Under the pieces are notes generated by a model. That model ran no database searches. It saw only the letters and a list, made by a program, of their open reading frames with translations, and was not told where the DNA came from. A program made the translations under genes and the position numbers. Shown in pieces: positions 1-13,924 of a stretch of DNA of 64,000 nt; position 1 is the first letter of the stretch; every line of letters starts with the position of its first letter. The stretch is from contig OX597817.1 of the NCBI GenBank assembly GCA_951406725.2, positions 128,464,001 through 128,528,000 on the forward strand, written 5' to 3'. This DNA comes from Octopus vulgaris (taxonomy: Eukaryota).

Positions 1-141
1 ATAAAAGTATATATACTTATATATATATACACACATATATATGTGTCTATATCTATGTATATATATATGAATATATGCATGTATATATGTATATGTATAT
101 GTATATATGTATATATATATATACATATATTTGTATATATA

Positions 142-378
142 TGGCTTAGTGGTTATGGTGCTGCACTCACTGCCGCAAAGATCGTGAGCTCATTTCCTAG
201 ACCAGATGTTGCGTTGTGTTCTTGAGCAAAACAATTCAGCGTGCATCTGCTCAGGTAACGACGATCTGATGGAGAAATTGAGGTAATGTACCGGACATAT
301 ATTTGATTACTATAAACAAATCACTTGTGCAGGTCTTTCGGCAAAAGACACACATAAATCGTCCTCAATGAGAGAGTC
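142..378 (+). mobile_element. decayed tRNA-derived SINE (family C)
   Basis: A-box-like TGGCTTAGTGGTTA, then GTGTTCTTGAGCAAAACA shared with the copy at 31253-31590. Confidence 0.6.
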
Positions 379-379
379 C

Positions 380-425
<46 letters not shown>

Positions 426-426
426 G

Positions 427-458
<32 letters not shown>

Positions 459-462
459 TATG

Positions 463-502
<40 letters not shown>

Positions 503-659
503 TGATATATATATATATATATAATGTTGTCTTAACATTATAAGCCTCTAATAAAGCAACGCACTGGAACCCCACCATACACAACTGCAATATATAAAGT
601 CTAGTTTTCAACCTCTAGACACGTGCGTCCCACAGGCATCTGCTCAGTATTTCCATACC

Positions 660-890
660 TATTTCTTTACTACCCACAAGGGGCTAAACACAGAGGGGAC
701 AAACAAGGACAGACAAACGGATTAAGTCGATTACATCGACCCCAGTGCGTAACTGGTACTTAATTTATCGACCCCGAAAGGATGAAAGGAAAAGTCGACC
801 TCGGCGGGATTTGAACTCACAACGTAACGGCAGCCGAAATGCCGCAAAGCATTTCGCCCGACGTGCTAACGATTCTGCCAGCTCGCCGCC
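660..890 (-). mobile_element. tRNA-derived SINE family A, full length
   Basis: Reverse complement of GGCGGCGAGCTGGCAGAATCGTTAGCAC...GTTCAAAT...CCTTTCATCCTTTCGGGGTCGATAAATTAAGTACCAG...GTAGTAAAGAAAT; very similar to 39466, 45239, 47935 and 56396. Confidence 0.9.
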
Positions 891-1295
891 TTAAGTTGAT
901 AATGCTAGACTGTACAACCTCACCCTACTCTACATGTTAATAACTATATATCTGTACATGCACGTCACTGACCGTGTGCACCGAATGGCACTGTCCTTCC
1001 CCTATTCAATTGTGCGTCCTCTGATTTACAGTGATATACTTATTTCGAAGTGCTTACCCAGAATATTTTGAAGCACACTAGGCACCAAACTCAGGCGACG
1101 GGCCTGTATCTGTATGTATATTTTACCTAATGTCTTAATATCACCTCGAATTCATTATGTCATTATTGTAAGCAGTAGATTACTAAACCGGTGATCGATC
1201 ATCCTTTGCTCAATTGCATGGTAGATAAGGACCTATGTGACCGACTTCATTATAGTTTCTACAGCAAACGATCCATGAGCCTCTAACTTAATATA

Positions 1296-1446
1296 GTCTG
1301 GATAAACTTCAGAGGGATCAAGATGAGGGCCAAAATCTACTCATTTGATAGAGGTACTCTTCTGAATAGAGTCTAGGTTAGATTCAGAGGAACCAAGCTA
1401 GGACCAAAACAGCCCTCATTTTAAAGAGGTACTCATTCTTTGAATG
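1296..1446. repeat. two diverged ~75-bp tandem copies
   Basis: AGTCT..TTCAGAGG..CAAG..G.CCAAAA..CTCATTT..AGAGGTACTC..TGAAT occurs twice. Confidence 0.65.
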
Positions 1447-1737
1447 ATTTTCTTGGATATTTAGCTATGAAATATTTATTTAGATATCGTTCCACTTTAA
1501 AAAAATTTTGTTTTTGCTAATGACTTGGGTTGCTGTTCCAAACAATGAGGTCATCCATGCTAAAACCGAGGGGCGTTAGTGAGGGAATGTGATTTCAAAT
1601 AACTTCAAATGAAATCGTGTTCAATTGATCCGTCAAGACAAATTGAATTATTGCGGTGTTTAGTTACATCCATTCAGGTTCGCTAGTTTAAACTTGCCGA
1701 CATTAACATTGCTTCTTTTCATTCTTTGGTTATCTGC

Positions 1738-1759
1738 GATATACATATATAAATATATG

Positions 1760-1813
<54 letters not shown>

Positions 1814-1814
1814 T

Positions 1815-1845
<31 letters not shown>

Positions 1846-1985
1846 CATGTATATATATGTATTTATGTATGTATGCATGCCTGTATAAATGTACGTGTAT
1901 ATATATATATATACATATATAATTATTATTTGAGGGAATAAAATCCAAACTTAATGTAATTTTGGTACGTATATCTGTATGTATA

Positions 1986-2045
<60 letters not shown>

Positions 2046-2120
2046 TATAAATAAATAAATAAATATATATATATATATGCACAAATATACATGTGTGTCT
2101 ATATTTATATGTATATATGC

Positions 2121-2161
<41 letters not shown>

Positions 2162-2184
2162 TATAGAAAGAGAGAGAGAGTGAG

Positions 2185-2256
<72 letters not shown>
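1738..2256. repeat. compound microsatellite (TA)n/(TG)n/(AGAT)n
   Basis: Seen directly; one of dozens of such tracts in the window. Confidence 0.95.
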
Positions 2257-2539
2257 TTGAAAGGCTTCGAGGGTTACTTAATACAGTTTTTGAAGTGTAA
2301 AGGTGATTTTTAAAATAAAGTTACTTTTTAAAAAGTGTTATGAAATCCTTTATGAGGACGTCACTAACCTTTTTGGGTAAGACGTTTTTTTTTAATAGTG
2401 CGTGGGCATCTTCCTTGAACCTTTTCAATATACAGAGTGCAGTGAATCTACATTATGTCTAAATCATGCAAAAATAACACTGACACCTCATTTTAGCAGA
2501 TATACGTACCAAAATTACATTAAAATATCTTGAAATGCT

Positions 2540-3222
2540 AACGAGTAAATTTATTCAATAAAATCGCCATTGGCTTCAGCCACAGCATCTAGACGACTTC
2601 AGAATCTCCTGCAAGTATTCTGGACGCGCTCCTTCAAGTTGGTAAATGCTGCCATAATCCTTGCCTTCAGTTCATCTTTGATGCTACAATGAGTTTTGCT
2701 GGTCACTTTTTTAACTGCGCCCCACACATAATAATCAAAGGGTTGCAGTCTGGGGAGTTAAGTGGCCAGATGTTAGCAGTGATGTGGTCTCAGAAATTGT
2801 CTGACAACCATGAGTGGGTTCTGTTACTTGTGTGACATGGTGCAGAGTCCTGTCGCCAAACATATGGTATTCCAGCAGCCACCCCCTTGACCCAGGGAAG
2901 CACTACTTCCTCCAGGCACTTGATGTAGGCCGCTGTGTTGAATCTGAGACCGTGTGGGAAGATGAATGGAGGCATAACATCGCCATCACTAGTGATGACT
3001 TCAAACACACTGAAATGCTCGTAATGGAGGTTCCGGCGCGAATACCAAACACTACAGCATGTCGTTTCCAAATATTTGGCAGAGTGAATTGCCTCATAGT
3101 GCTGTTTTTCTCGCAGACGGTCCCCATCTGACCCTACTATACTGTGTAGTTTACAAAATGAAAAATAATGCGCAATCACGAAATAAAAAATAAAAAATGT
3201 CCACAATTTATCCATCGCACCG
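2540..3222 (-). mobile_element. Tc1/mariner (DD37D/maT-like) transposon, internally deleted
   Basis: Translation ITSDGDVMPPFIFPHGLR...PYVWRQDSAPCHTS..., then in another frame WPLNSPDCNPLIIMCGRS-like decayed SPDxNP motif; end abuts (TA)n at ~3223. Confidence 0.85.
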
Positions 3223-3253
3223 TATATATATATATATATGTGTGTTTGTGTGT

Positions 3254-3299
<46 letters not shown>

Positions 3300-3729
3300 G
3301 AAAATGCTTCTGAGTTTCAAAAGCTTGTAATTGTTTTTAAATAAATTTATTGACATAAATACTAAACTAGTTTCAAAATGTTTATCAATGGTATAAACGA
3401 TTGAGATTTTAAAAATTGAAGATTGCAAAATAGAAAACATGTTTAAATGATTAAATGTTCACAAAATTCAATAAAATTCAAAAATGAACCGCAGAGAATA
3501 TAGAGAATGTGGGTTAACATGTTTAAATCGGCGAAGAATCACCGACCATTTTATGATGTTATTGAAGGATCGGTCTAACACGTAGAAGTTTCCTCCTCTG
3601 CTCGTGGGAGTATTCTTGTTTGTTTTGGTGCTTTTGGTACAATCTGTTTTGTTGTTTCTGTAGGGTAGGGCAAAAAAAAAGTATATGTTTTGTTAAAATT
3701 GCTTTTCATGATAAAATAATCAACATATA

Positions 3730-3870
3730 GGCGCAGGCGTGTTCAACTTATAGGTTCCAAGTTCAGTCCCACTGTCTGGCACCTCGGGCAAGTGTCTTCA
3801 ACTATAGCCTCAGGCCGACCAAAGCTTTGTGCGTGGATTTGATAGAAGGAAACTGAAAAAAGCCCGTCGT
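3730..3870 (+). mobile_element. SINE family B, 5' part
   Basis: GGCGCAGG...GTTCAGTCCCACTG...GGGCAAGTGTCTTC...AAGCCCGTCG then (TA)n. Confidence 0.8.
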
Positions 3871-5090
3871 ATATATATATATATATGTGTGTGTGTTTCT
3901 ATGTGCCCAATTTCACTCACAAAGTATAGCTCGACCACAAGTTAGAAGAAATTACATTTATTCGGAAAGCCACGCAGTGCAATTGAACCCGGCATGTCGT
4001 AGTTGCGAAGCGAACTTCTGAACCATTCATCCATACTGCAACTAAACAATACTGCCCGCGGCTTTAATAAATAAATAAGTTATTAGAAAATTGTCATTAC
4101 CATTTTCAAACGTGATGTTACTTTTGTAGGGAGTGTGGAAATTAATCAAATATTCCCTACGAGTTCGAGGTATGATGAATCACTGATATAGAAAAGTTCT
4201 CCGGGTCTTGGTAGTGCTGTTGGCTTTGCTTTTGATGTTTTTGCTAAACCTAGGCCCGTCTAATTCTAGCTTGTCGTTTCACTTTTTTTTTATAGTTATG
4301 CATTTAAGTCAATATTATCCAATATCCCTTTATGGCAGTAAATAAACTTTGATAGATATTCGACTCCTAATTCTAACGCGGTTAGAAGCCCCTTGGTCGA
4401 CTCACATTCGAAGTCTTTGATAGTAGTTTTGCGGTTTGGCCTCAGATCAATGCTGATCAATGACATTCCAGCTGTAACCCTACAGTTATTTTAAAGGACA
4501 TCTACTAGTACATTACCTAATACTAATGTCCTTTTGCTTTTCGAGGATAAGTTGCAATATAAGGGACATTTGGTTGCTATTTTTAGCAATTTAGGCGACT
4601 GCATACAAGCTCCATCATTGATAATGTTGGTTATGTTGGTTATTGTTAAAATTACTATCATTGTCGTTGGTACTGTTTGTTGCAGTTAATTGCTAAGGCG
4701 ATGTTGATTCACTTATTGGTACAGCTATTGTTGTGGCTCTTGTTAAAAATACTGTCTTTAATGCTGATATTACTGTTGGCAGTGGTTGTTGTTGGTGTTG
4801 TTCTTGCTGCTGCTGCTGCTGTTGATGATGATGTCGTCGTCGTTGTTGTTGTTGTCACACCTGCTATCAGTTTTTGGATGTTTTAACGAAAAGTAAATCC
4901 ATCACTTATTCTCTTCTCTCTTTATATAACCTGTTTGCAATATACATTTCCGAACTCAGTACAACGGAAATGTATTTATCTATTTATCCCTTTATTTATC
5001 TATTTATTTATTTGTTTATTTACGTATCTTGTCGAGTAACATATTCTTTTGGACTAACTGACCTATTAGCAACCAATTGATATTACTTAC

Positions 5091-5141
5091 CTTTGAGGAG
5101 ATTTCGAAATAGATACCTCAACTGTTAAAGCCGATGCATTA
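5091..5141 (-). CDS. candidate 51-nt internal exon (NASALTVEVSISKSPQ), host gene unknown
   Basis: Long polypyrimidine tract then GTGTAG acceptor, 51-nt open frame-preserving segment, strong donor AAG|GTAAGT; non-repetitive context. Confidence 0.4.
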
Positions 5142-7960
5142 CTACACGATTGATGAAAGGGGCAGATAGCGGGAATGAGAAAAATAGGGAGAGGGGGAAG
5201 AGAGAGAGAAAAAAGAGAGTGGAATGGATAGTTATGGCCAACAACTGACAGAAGTGTGCCGATGTTTTACTCCACCCAGTGCGCCACGCTTTGTGTACTC
5301 GTAGCAAGACACATAATTCTCAAATGTACAAGTCAACCTAGGGTGTAAATAAATGTTTTCCATCAGGTTAGTGTATTATATAAAGCAGTAACTATAAGCA
5401 TCTTTCTTGAATGTTTTTCTTATTGTTTTTATCGTGTGGCAGGTTGATTAAATTCTTAAAACCAACCATGGTTTTAACTTACCGTAGGCTAACTTAAACC
5501 TAACGATACACTCCGTTCTCCTTCATATACATATATAAGTTCCCTCTGTAAAAACGATTGCCCTTTGAAAATCTGTTTTTCTTTTCTCTGGCTGTCTAGT
5601 AGTTTATGTTCCTAGTCTTTGCTCCAACCTAAGTTTAAAACTATTGATGTAATACAATCATGCTTTAAACATTTATTCGTTTCATGGCCTCATTCGATAC
5701 AGACCTTACAACTTTCTACCAGTATTATTTATTATATATAGATCCCGGAGCATTTGAACTCTAGAGACTATTTATATGATAGAAGTGCGCATGTCACTAT
5801 GTGACGTGTGTTTAAAGTTCTCCACTAATCGGGGCGTTTATTGAGAGATCCTTTGCCATCCAAAGCTAAAATGTTTATCATCTACTCGTGGAACATAATT
5901 AACTCTCATCAGATATCAAACCTGACATTTTATTGTTTATTTTGCTAGCGATATGTACCTTGTGAAAGGGGCCCATACCAAGTACTCTTAGCTGGAACTA
6001 GATGAACCAGGGATTCGTGTCACACAGGTGCACCATGCCCTACATTAATGATTAATGTCACTAAACAATGCTTTCTTTTATCTCAAATTCTGGGTTTGGT
6101 CGGGTAATGTACTAGATTTTGGCAAGCAAAATGTTTACAATAGTACATACAATAATGCCAATAATGCAAGAATTGAAAAATAATTTATACAGAGAATGAG
6201 TAGAAAAGTCTAACGTTTTGGCCGACGTCTTTTTCAGAAAATGGCGAAATGATCATATTATTAGAATATGAAACTGAGACTAATCTACTTATAATGTTTA
6301 CTCATGCCAGCTTACAACTCAACATGTATTCTTTTCTATTCTTAATAGCTGCTGCAGCTGTAGTCACAGAAGAGGAAGAGACATGATCGAATATATCAAC
6401 GATATGTTGGTAAGTGGGTACTTGTTCGAGCGATTAAGTATAACCTCTCGCTTTAGATATAAGGCTTCCACCTAGGTGAAGACCACATATGCACTCCACA
6501 AGTGTGTCATTTTATCGTATTGCATATGGTTGTGTACTCCGTTGCGCTGGTTCTATCGTTCTATTCTACAGGAGAAAACCACAGTTGTGTAGAGCAAGAT
6601 AGCGTCAATTGATGAGTCTTAGCTGCTATTCTCACCGCTCTTAATTTTGCCCAATAGGTAACATCCCAGCACAAGGTTTGGAAGGAAATTTTTCGCTGCT
6701 TTCGCGGATTCCCATGACTCTTTGATGTCATCCGATTCCTTTATCACGAATTTGAATTAGAAGCTTGAGTCATAGTGAATCTTTCATTAGCTGATTACAC
6801 AAACGTGGATGTCACCCCTATATATAGCACTTGAGATTCCTGACCGTTGATCTAGGATTCCTCCGCCCAGCATCAATTTAAGAAGCACCGTGCCCCAGTT
6901 GAGCTCTTCCGCTACCTCTTCACAATCCGCCATGTTGCAGTCCCATGACATTGCTGTACCCCTGGCATGGTGGCTGAACGTGTCCTATGTCTTGTCAAAA
7001 GGCGGCCCGTAACTATGCAGGGCACAGCCGTCACTCCTTAAATTATTTTCAAAATACCCGCATAACCAAATTAATAACGCTACTGCTATATTTGTGTGTA
7101 TGTGCTGTATTTTTGTTTGGTTTAAATGAAACCGACAGAGTGATTTTAGCGTAGTCTTCGAGTCGTTGTGGTATTTTAAATGAGCAGAGAGGTTTGAGAG
7201 TGATTTTAAATGTATTGCTAAAGCCGTGAGAGGCTGGAGTTCGATATGAAAACGAAAATTTACAACTTGCATATTATGATCATATTTGTTCTGCTCCACC
7301 ATAAAAAAATTGATTAAGGGTTATTTGCTCCTACACCAGTCACACACACTCCCTCTCTATCTCCCCTTCTCGCTCTCTTTATCTCTCCCTCTCTCTCTGT
7401 CTACATTTAGCTTAAAGTCAGAGATAGTACGAATCGATGAATGAATGAAACAAAGAGGGAAAGGCAGAAGAAAAGAAAAGAAAATCAAAACAATTGGACG
7501 GGACAGATTAATTGAAGCACGAACCATCTTTAGTTTGGGGTTTGTCGGGGATCTAAATCTAAAACTTATGCCAGCCATCCTTGATAAACATACAAACTAA
7601 GATCTCCCCCTGTACAAATTTGCTGAAGTCTCTCAAGTGTGACTGAAATTCTATGCAGCAAAAATAAACAAATAAATAAATAAAATAACCAATTAGACTT
7701 CAAGGTAAACAGCCACACAGATGTGTAATTGATCGGAATCAAAGCAGACGGCTAGATTAGCGATTCTTCAAAGAGAAATTGTAGCCAGGAATTGATGGGT
7801 CGAGGTTAAGGTAACAAACTATAATAATAACAATATGAAAAAAAGAAGTAAAGATGAAAACAAGAGGAAAATACACGATTTCATTTCGTTGTGTATTTAT
7901 CGGTACTTATTACGTAGACACGCAGATACATGCGTGCAAAATACGTTTATATACTTGTTT

Positions 7961-8220
<260 letters not shown>

Positions 8221-8849
8221 TCAAATACAACCACAAGGATACATAGTTTGTGGAGTGATCATAGTTGAAAGAATTGACTTCCGGTAATTCAATAATCCCT
8301 TATGATTTAAGCACAAAGCTAGCAATTTTGAGGGTAGAGCGTTTGTCGATACCATCTATCTCGGTATTTCTCTTCTATTTTACTTAATCCACTCCGAAAG
8401 CATGAAAAGCAACGTTTACCTTGGCGTAATTTAAAATAAGAAGTTAAAGAGACGGCGCTTTAATCTATCTAATCGCCATATTCAATAAAGAATGAAGTAT
8501 TCCTTGTAGTTTTTGTATCTAAAACAAGGAGTGACGAAAATTTAACTCGACACATAGTAAAACCTTATATTTCGATGGAAGAGGTATAGACGATGAGATT
8601 AAGTTCTAATACATGACTGGCTCTTTACCAAAAGGGATGAATGGCAAAATTTAAGCTGATGTGGCTTGAATTCAGAATGCAGAGCGAAGAAACTATATAT
8701 AAATTTCAGGATCGATACGTGTTTCCTATTTTCTTTTTGCATGTTGTTTCACATCCAGGTCTTCTTTGAGGTTTGTATGTACGTACGTATGTATGCATGT
8801 ATGTATGTATGTATGCATGTCTCTCCTCTCTTTTGATTATTATAAATCT

Positions 8850-9745
8850 CCCACTGAGGAGGGAGCCGGTTTCCAACAAAGATATAAGGCTCTATCTTTG
8901 GGATGTTGTTAACGCTGACAAATTCACATTAGGAACTTGCGAAAAGTCTTGTATATTTTTGCTGTTCCACTGACAGATTACTCTTGTAATGTACGAATTA
9001 GCCGGTCAATTTCTCTTTTCTGAAAATCCCAGTTTATCCAGATTCTCCTTGAAGCATTTACCAACAAAACTTAATGCTCCAGTTATCATTGCTATGTATA
9101 TATTAAGGCAGTGAGCTGGCAGAATCGTTAGCACGCCGGACGAAATGCTTAGTGACATTTCATCTGTCTATACGTTCTGAGTTCAAATTCCAGCGAGGTC
9201 AACTTTGCCTTTCATCCTTTCGGGGTCGATAAAATAAGTACCAGTGAAATACATGAGCGGGTGGGGGATCGATGTAATCGACTAGTTCCCTCCCCGTAAA
9301 TTTCAGGTCTTGTGCCTTCAGTAGAAAGGATTATTGGTATGAATATGAATTCATAGTCTGGATATAGAACCTGGAGGTTTCGAAGCAGTTGTTCATCGAT
9401 ATCCTCTTTTTCTTTGATTTTCAATGAGATATTTATATCTACAGGACAGTTGACCTCTATGATGGTACATACCTTTGCCCCTCTGTCCCAAACAACAATA
9501 TTCGGCCTGTTATGTTTACATTTGACAGAAGTTTTGATGGAAATATTCTTCCAGTATTCCTTGAATTGGTGTTTATGAATGTATTCCATAACAGAGGAAT
9601 TTTCTAAATTTATTTCAGGACCGTCCTTTTTGCTGATGGCATTGTGAATAATTTTTTCGACAACATCGTACTCCATATGGAGGTAGTACCATGACGACAT
9701 TTTAGGACAGCTGCTAATCACATGCGTGATGTCTTCCACAGAAGC
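8850..9745 (-). mobile_element. R4/Dong-like non-LTR retrotransposon 3' fragment (restriction-like endonuclease), interrupted by a SINE
   Basis: EDITHVISSCP (zinc-knuckle end), KHNRPNIVVWD..IIEVNCPVD (PD-(D/E)xK region); continues after the SINE as IAMITGAL. Confidence 0.8.
9107..9335 (+). mobile_element. SINE family A
   Basis: GGCAGTGAGCTGGCAGAATCGTTAGCAC...GCCTTTCATCCTTTCGGGGTCGATAAAATAAGTACCAG. Confidence 0.85.
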
Positions 9746-10500
9746 CTACACTTACTATATATAGCATTTAACTTCTTAAACTCACTATTGCTCTGTATGC
9801 TTCCTTCAACGGAAATATGATAACCTAAGTTGTATAAGCTCATAATAACCTTGAAGACGTCCTACCGCATATAGTTAGAATATGGCACCTTTCTTCGCAT
9901 TTAACCAAATGCTTAGAATTTCCGATCAGCTAGGGAATAGTACTGAAACATGTATTTAGGATATTTTATTCTTTTTTCGAGCTTTACAACTTGTAATCAA
10001 TTTATTTGTAGTTATGGTTTTTTAAAAGAAATTTTCAACGTTTTATAACATACAAATAAATTATTCACACATCCATTTTTTCTCCAGTTTCTTTCCTATA
10101 ATGATTGAAGAAGTGCGGGACTGTGTCCAGTTTATTTATTCTTTTTTCACACGTTATTAAAAAAACGCTATATTACTTTGAAGAAATTATAAATGAATAT
10201 TAAAACTATTTTCAAATATAAAGTTTATTTGTATATTAAACATAAATTATAATGCTTAATATTACAAGATTCGCTTCTGTTTTAAATGTCAACTTCCGTT
10301 TGAATTCCATATGTAAACAAATAGTTTTTCTTCGCGTTCGTAAAAATGTAATAAAGCGAAAACAAATCAGTAAATTATTTTTAAAAGTATTACTTAGTGC
10401 CAAAACAATAACCCCTATCTAATACAATTAAATTCTCAAATCGTGTAAGACTGCGGTCATGCTTGCGTACCACCTTGAAATAATTTAGTCAATTATACCA

Positions 10501-10566
10501 TTCGCACATGGTCAGATGTATGTTGCGTCATCAAGAGCGTCAAGAAAAGAAAATATAAAAATATTA
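10501..10566 (+). mobile_element. Helitron/Pif1-type helicase motif VI remnant
   Basis: Translates FAHGQMYVASSRASRKENIKIL, matching the FxHGQLYVAxSR motif. Confidence 0.6.
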
Positions 10567-11811
10567 ACCAAGATAAATAAAAGAGTCTATTTGCTGAGAG
10601 TTGTGTCAGCAAAAAATTCCACAGTGATGTGAAATATTCATTACTCTCGCTTAATAGAAATGTATTTAAGTTTCTTTTTAATTGCTAGGAAAGGGACACT
10701 AGAAACACTTTAGACGTCTATAAGTGAATTTAATGAAACAACAACACAGCAAAACTCAACTCAATTCATTAATGCCCACCAGAGCATCTATTTTCAAATT
10801 CACTCGAGTGAAGGCTCATAAACATTTTCCCTTGACAGTCTCAACACATTTCCAATTTTCATTATCGTCTTTTTTAAATGTATCATGGATTATTTTACTG
10901 ATTACAGAATAAACTACAACAGAGTCTTTGATCAACTCATGAGTATTTGTCAATTCACTCAATAATTTATGTATCATATCTATATATATGTATAATATCA
11001 ATATGCGCAACACGGTTTTTCTGCTAGTATATATGATTACAATAATCCCTATCAAAGCGCAGTAACTTTCGCATTATATGACAGAGATTAACCAATGGAA
11101 TATCTTGGAGTATATAATCTCTAATGTGGATATGACTTCCTCGAATTGAATATATATATGTGTGTGTGTGTATGTGTAGCAAGCCGTAAAAGGCAGTAAT
11201 ATGACGTAATGATCATGTTGTCTGAACAAGTATAATTGTTAGTTTCCCATTGGTTAAAATTACTGCCCATATTTGAATTCTAAACTTTCGTCAAAGAGAA
11301 ATCTTTCACGAAATATGGTTCTTAGAAATCAGGTATAAGCAATTATAAAATCCCTGATTTTGGAGAAATTAATCAGTGATCGTTGATTGTCAATAGACTC
11401 CACGCCACTCACCCCTAGTGATTCACGACACTCATACTGATGTTTGTTGGCTGTCACTCATTTCCACGACACTCACTCCTTTGAGATATTGGCTATTTTA
11501 TGCCATGTCTATTACTTAAATTCAACAAGACTTATTTGAATTATGTAAATTCTCGTAGTTTAGTATGAAAGAATTAGCTTGTATAAATTTTATGTCTTAA
11601 CTCTCTACGACAAATTTCTTTAACTTCTAAATGTATTGTAAATATTAAATGTACGTAAATAAACTAATGTAGTAAATACTTTCTCTTTCTTCATTTTGTT
11701 CAACCTGTTAATGACATTTATTTCTGCAACTATGAAACCACTTTTATAACGGTGATTGTGTACCACTTTTGTAATGTGGTACCCAATCATATGACCGCCT
11801 TTTACGCCTTG

Positions 11812-11858
<47 letters not shown>

Positions 11859-11861
<3 letters not shown>

Positions 11862-11970
11862 TGGTGGGCACATCTAACCAAAAAATTAGCTTCACAAACG
11901 CTAAACCGCTAAACAGGTAAAAAAACAATTAGCGGAAGCTAACGCTAACTGATTACCGCTAATTTTTATC
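11859..11970 (+). mobile_element. DNA transposon (hAT-like) end fragment
   Basis: Starts CAGTGGTGGGCA right after (TA)n, with repeated CGCTAA subterminal motifs; no partner TIR found. Confidence 0.4.
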
Positions 11971-12301
11971 ATATAGATTTAGCTTATGAATATTTCATAT
12001 GAATTTAATTTGTTTTTGGGCTCTAAAATCCTTAAAAGCAGACTTAGAGAGCTGAAATTAGCTTAGACATAGAGCTTGCCAAAGAGATATCGCATGCCAA
12101 GATCATACGATGATCAAGGTGTACGCAAATACTTAAATGAATAAATGCAATTAGAAATTAGTTTTTTAGTCAACATACACTTTATTTACTGTATAAAAAG
12201 TATTCTTGACCAGTTCGATAAAAACGAAAGCTTTAATAAAGAATTATCCTAAATTTTGACTGCCTTCTTTTTCTCACTGTGTGTGTGGGTGGTGGTGTAT
12301 G

Positions 12302-12401
<100 letters not shown>

Positions 12402-12995
12402 GCACACAAACACATATGATGAACTGCTTTCAGTTTCTCTTTATCAAACCCACTAAGAGGGCAGTGGTTGGGTTGGAGCTATATAAAACAGACTCTTGCC
12501 CAAGGTACTGCGATGAGGGACTGAACCTCAGTCTATATGGTAGCGAAGCAGTCTTTGATATACCTACGTATGTATGCATGTGTTTATATGTGTATGTGTT
12601 TGTGTGTGTATACATATACATACATGCATGCATACATACATACATACATACATACATACATACATACATACATACATACATGCATGCATACAAATATATA
12701 TATATATATTGGTGGGAATATGTCTATAAGAATGAACAGGTTCATGGGTATATATTTGTGAACTGACAGAGAAAGAGATAAGATACGAAGAACGAACTCT
12801 GCACCTTTGTTAGTACGCGTGGCTATTTCTATGCTTAGTGTGCTAACAAATATATGTGTATGTATGCGTGTATTCTTTAATTCGTATACATAAACAGAGG
12901 TTGAATGGGAATGGAATAAGGAGTGTGTAGGCTATCAAGTGCTTCAGAAAGTCGCAAGAGTTGCATTTTTCTCTAAAATTGTAAGCGTGCGCACG

Positions 12996-13029
<34 letters not shown>

Positions 13030-13252
13030 AGTATATTGATACACACCCACACATACACATAGGTATTAGTATATCTTCAGAAGATCGTTACAATACAATA
13101 CAACAATGGCGTTGTGAATGTAACAATATTGGCCACCTCTCACCGGTGCAAATACTAAATAACCGGCATAAATCAAGGGCAAAACGACACAAGATCACAC
13201 ACTACAATTCACAAAAATACACACATATTACACACATTACACATAGAAACGT

Positions 13253-13292
<40 letters not shown>

Positions 13293-13479
13293 GTATATTG
13301 CTGTGTATTGTCGTTACTGTTGTAATCCGTATTGTTATTGCCGCTTTCCTTTCCCTTTCATTCATCTCTCTCCATTTTCACCATATTTCTATTAATTCTA
13401 GCGGAACTTACGTGAAATCAACGATAATTTCTGAAAATACATTATTGATGGAAATTTCTGGAAAACCATTATTCTATCG

Positions 13480-13567
<88 letters not shown>

Positions 13568-13579
13568 ATATATAATATA

Positions 13580-13634
<55 letters not shown>

Positions 13635-13763
13635 TAAGTATTGCTGTCTGTGAGATATCTTATGGTAGTAGAATAGTATTTTAACTGCTATTTTTAAATT
13701 TCGGTATGTGGTGAAGCCATAATTCTGCTGAACCCTAATTATAATTATGCTCATAATTATAGA

Positions 13764-13799
<36 letters not shown>

Positions 13800-13924
13800 A
13801 AGATATTTAAACAAATGACACCAATAAAAAGAAAGTCCCTAATCCTTATATACACACGCACATACACTCACATATAAGTATAAACCTATCTATGTATATA
13901 TTAATAGACGTGCGTATTTTCCCT

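Noticed and set aside
6205-6241. Minus-strand CTGAAAA..GCCAAAACGTTA, resembling a minimal HHR
   Set aside because: Two core positions mutated and stem I unpaired; cannot be supported
9858-9960. TTGAAGA...GAAACATGT possible HHR remnant
   Set aside because: Core, cleavage triplet and stem II are all imperfect
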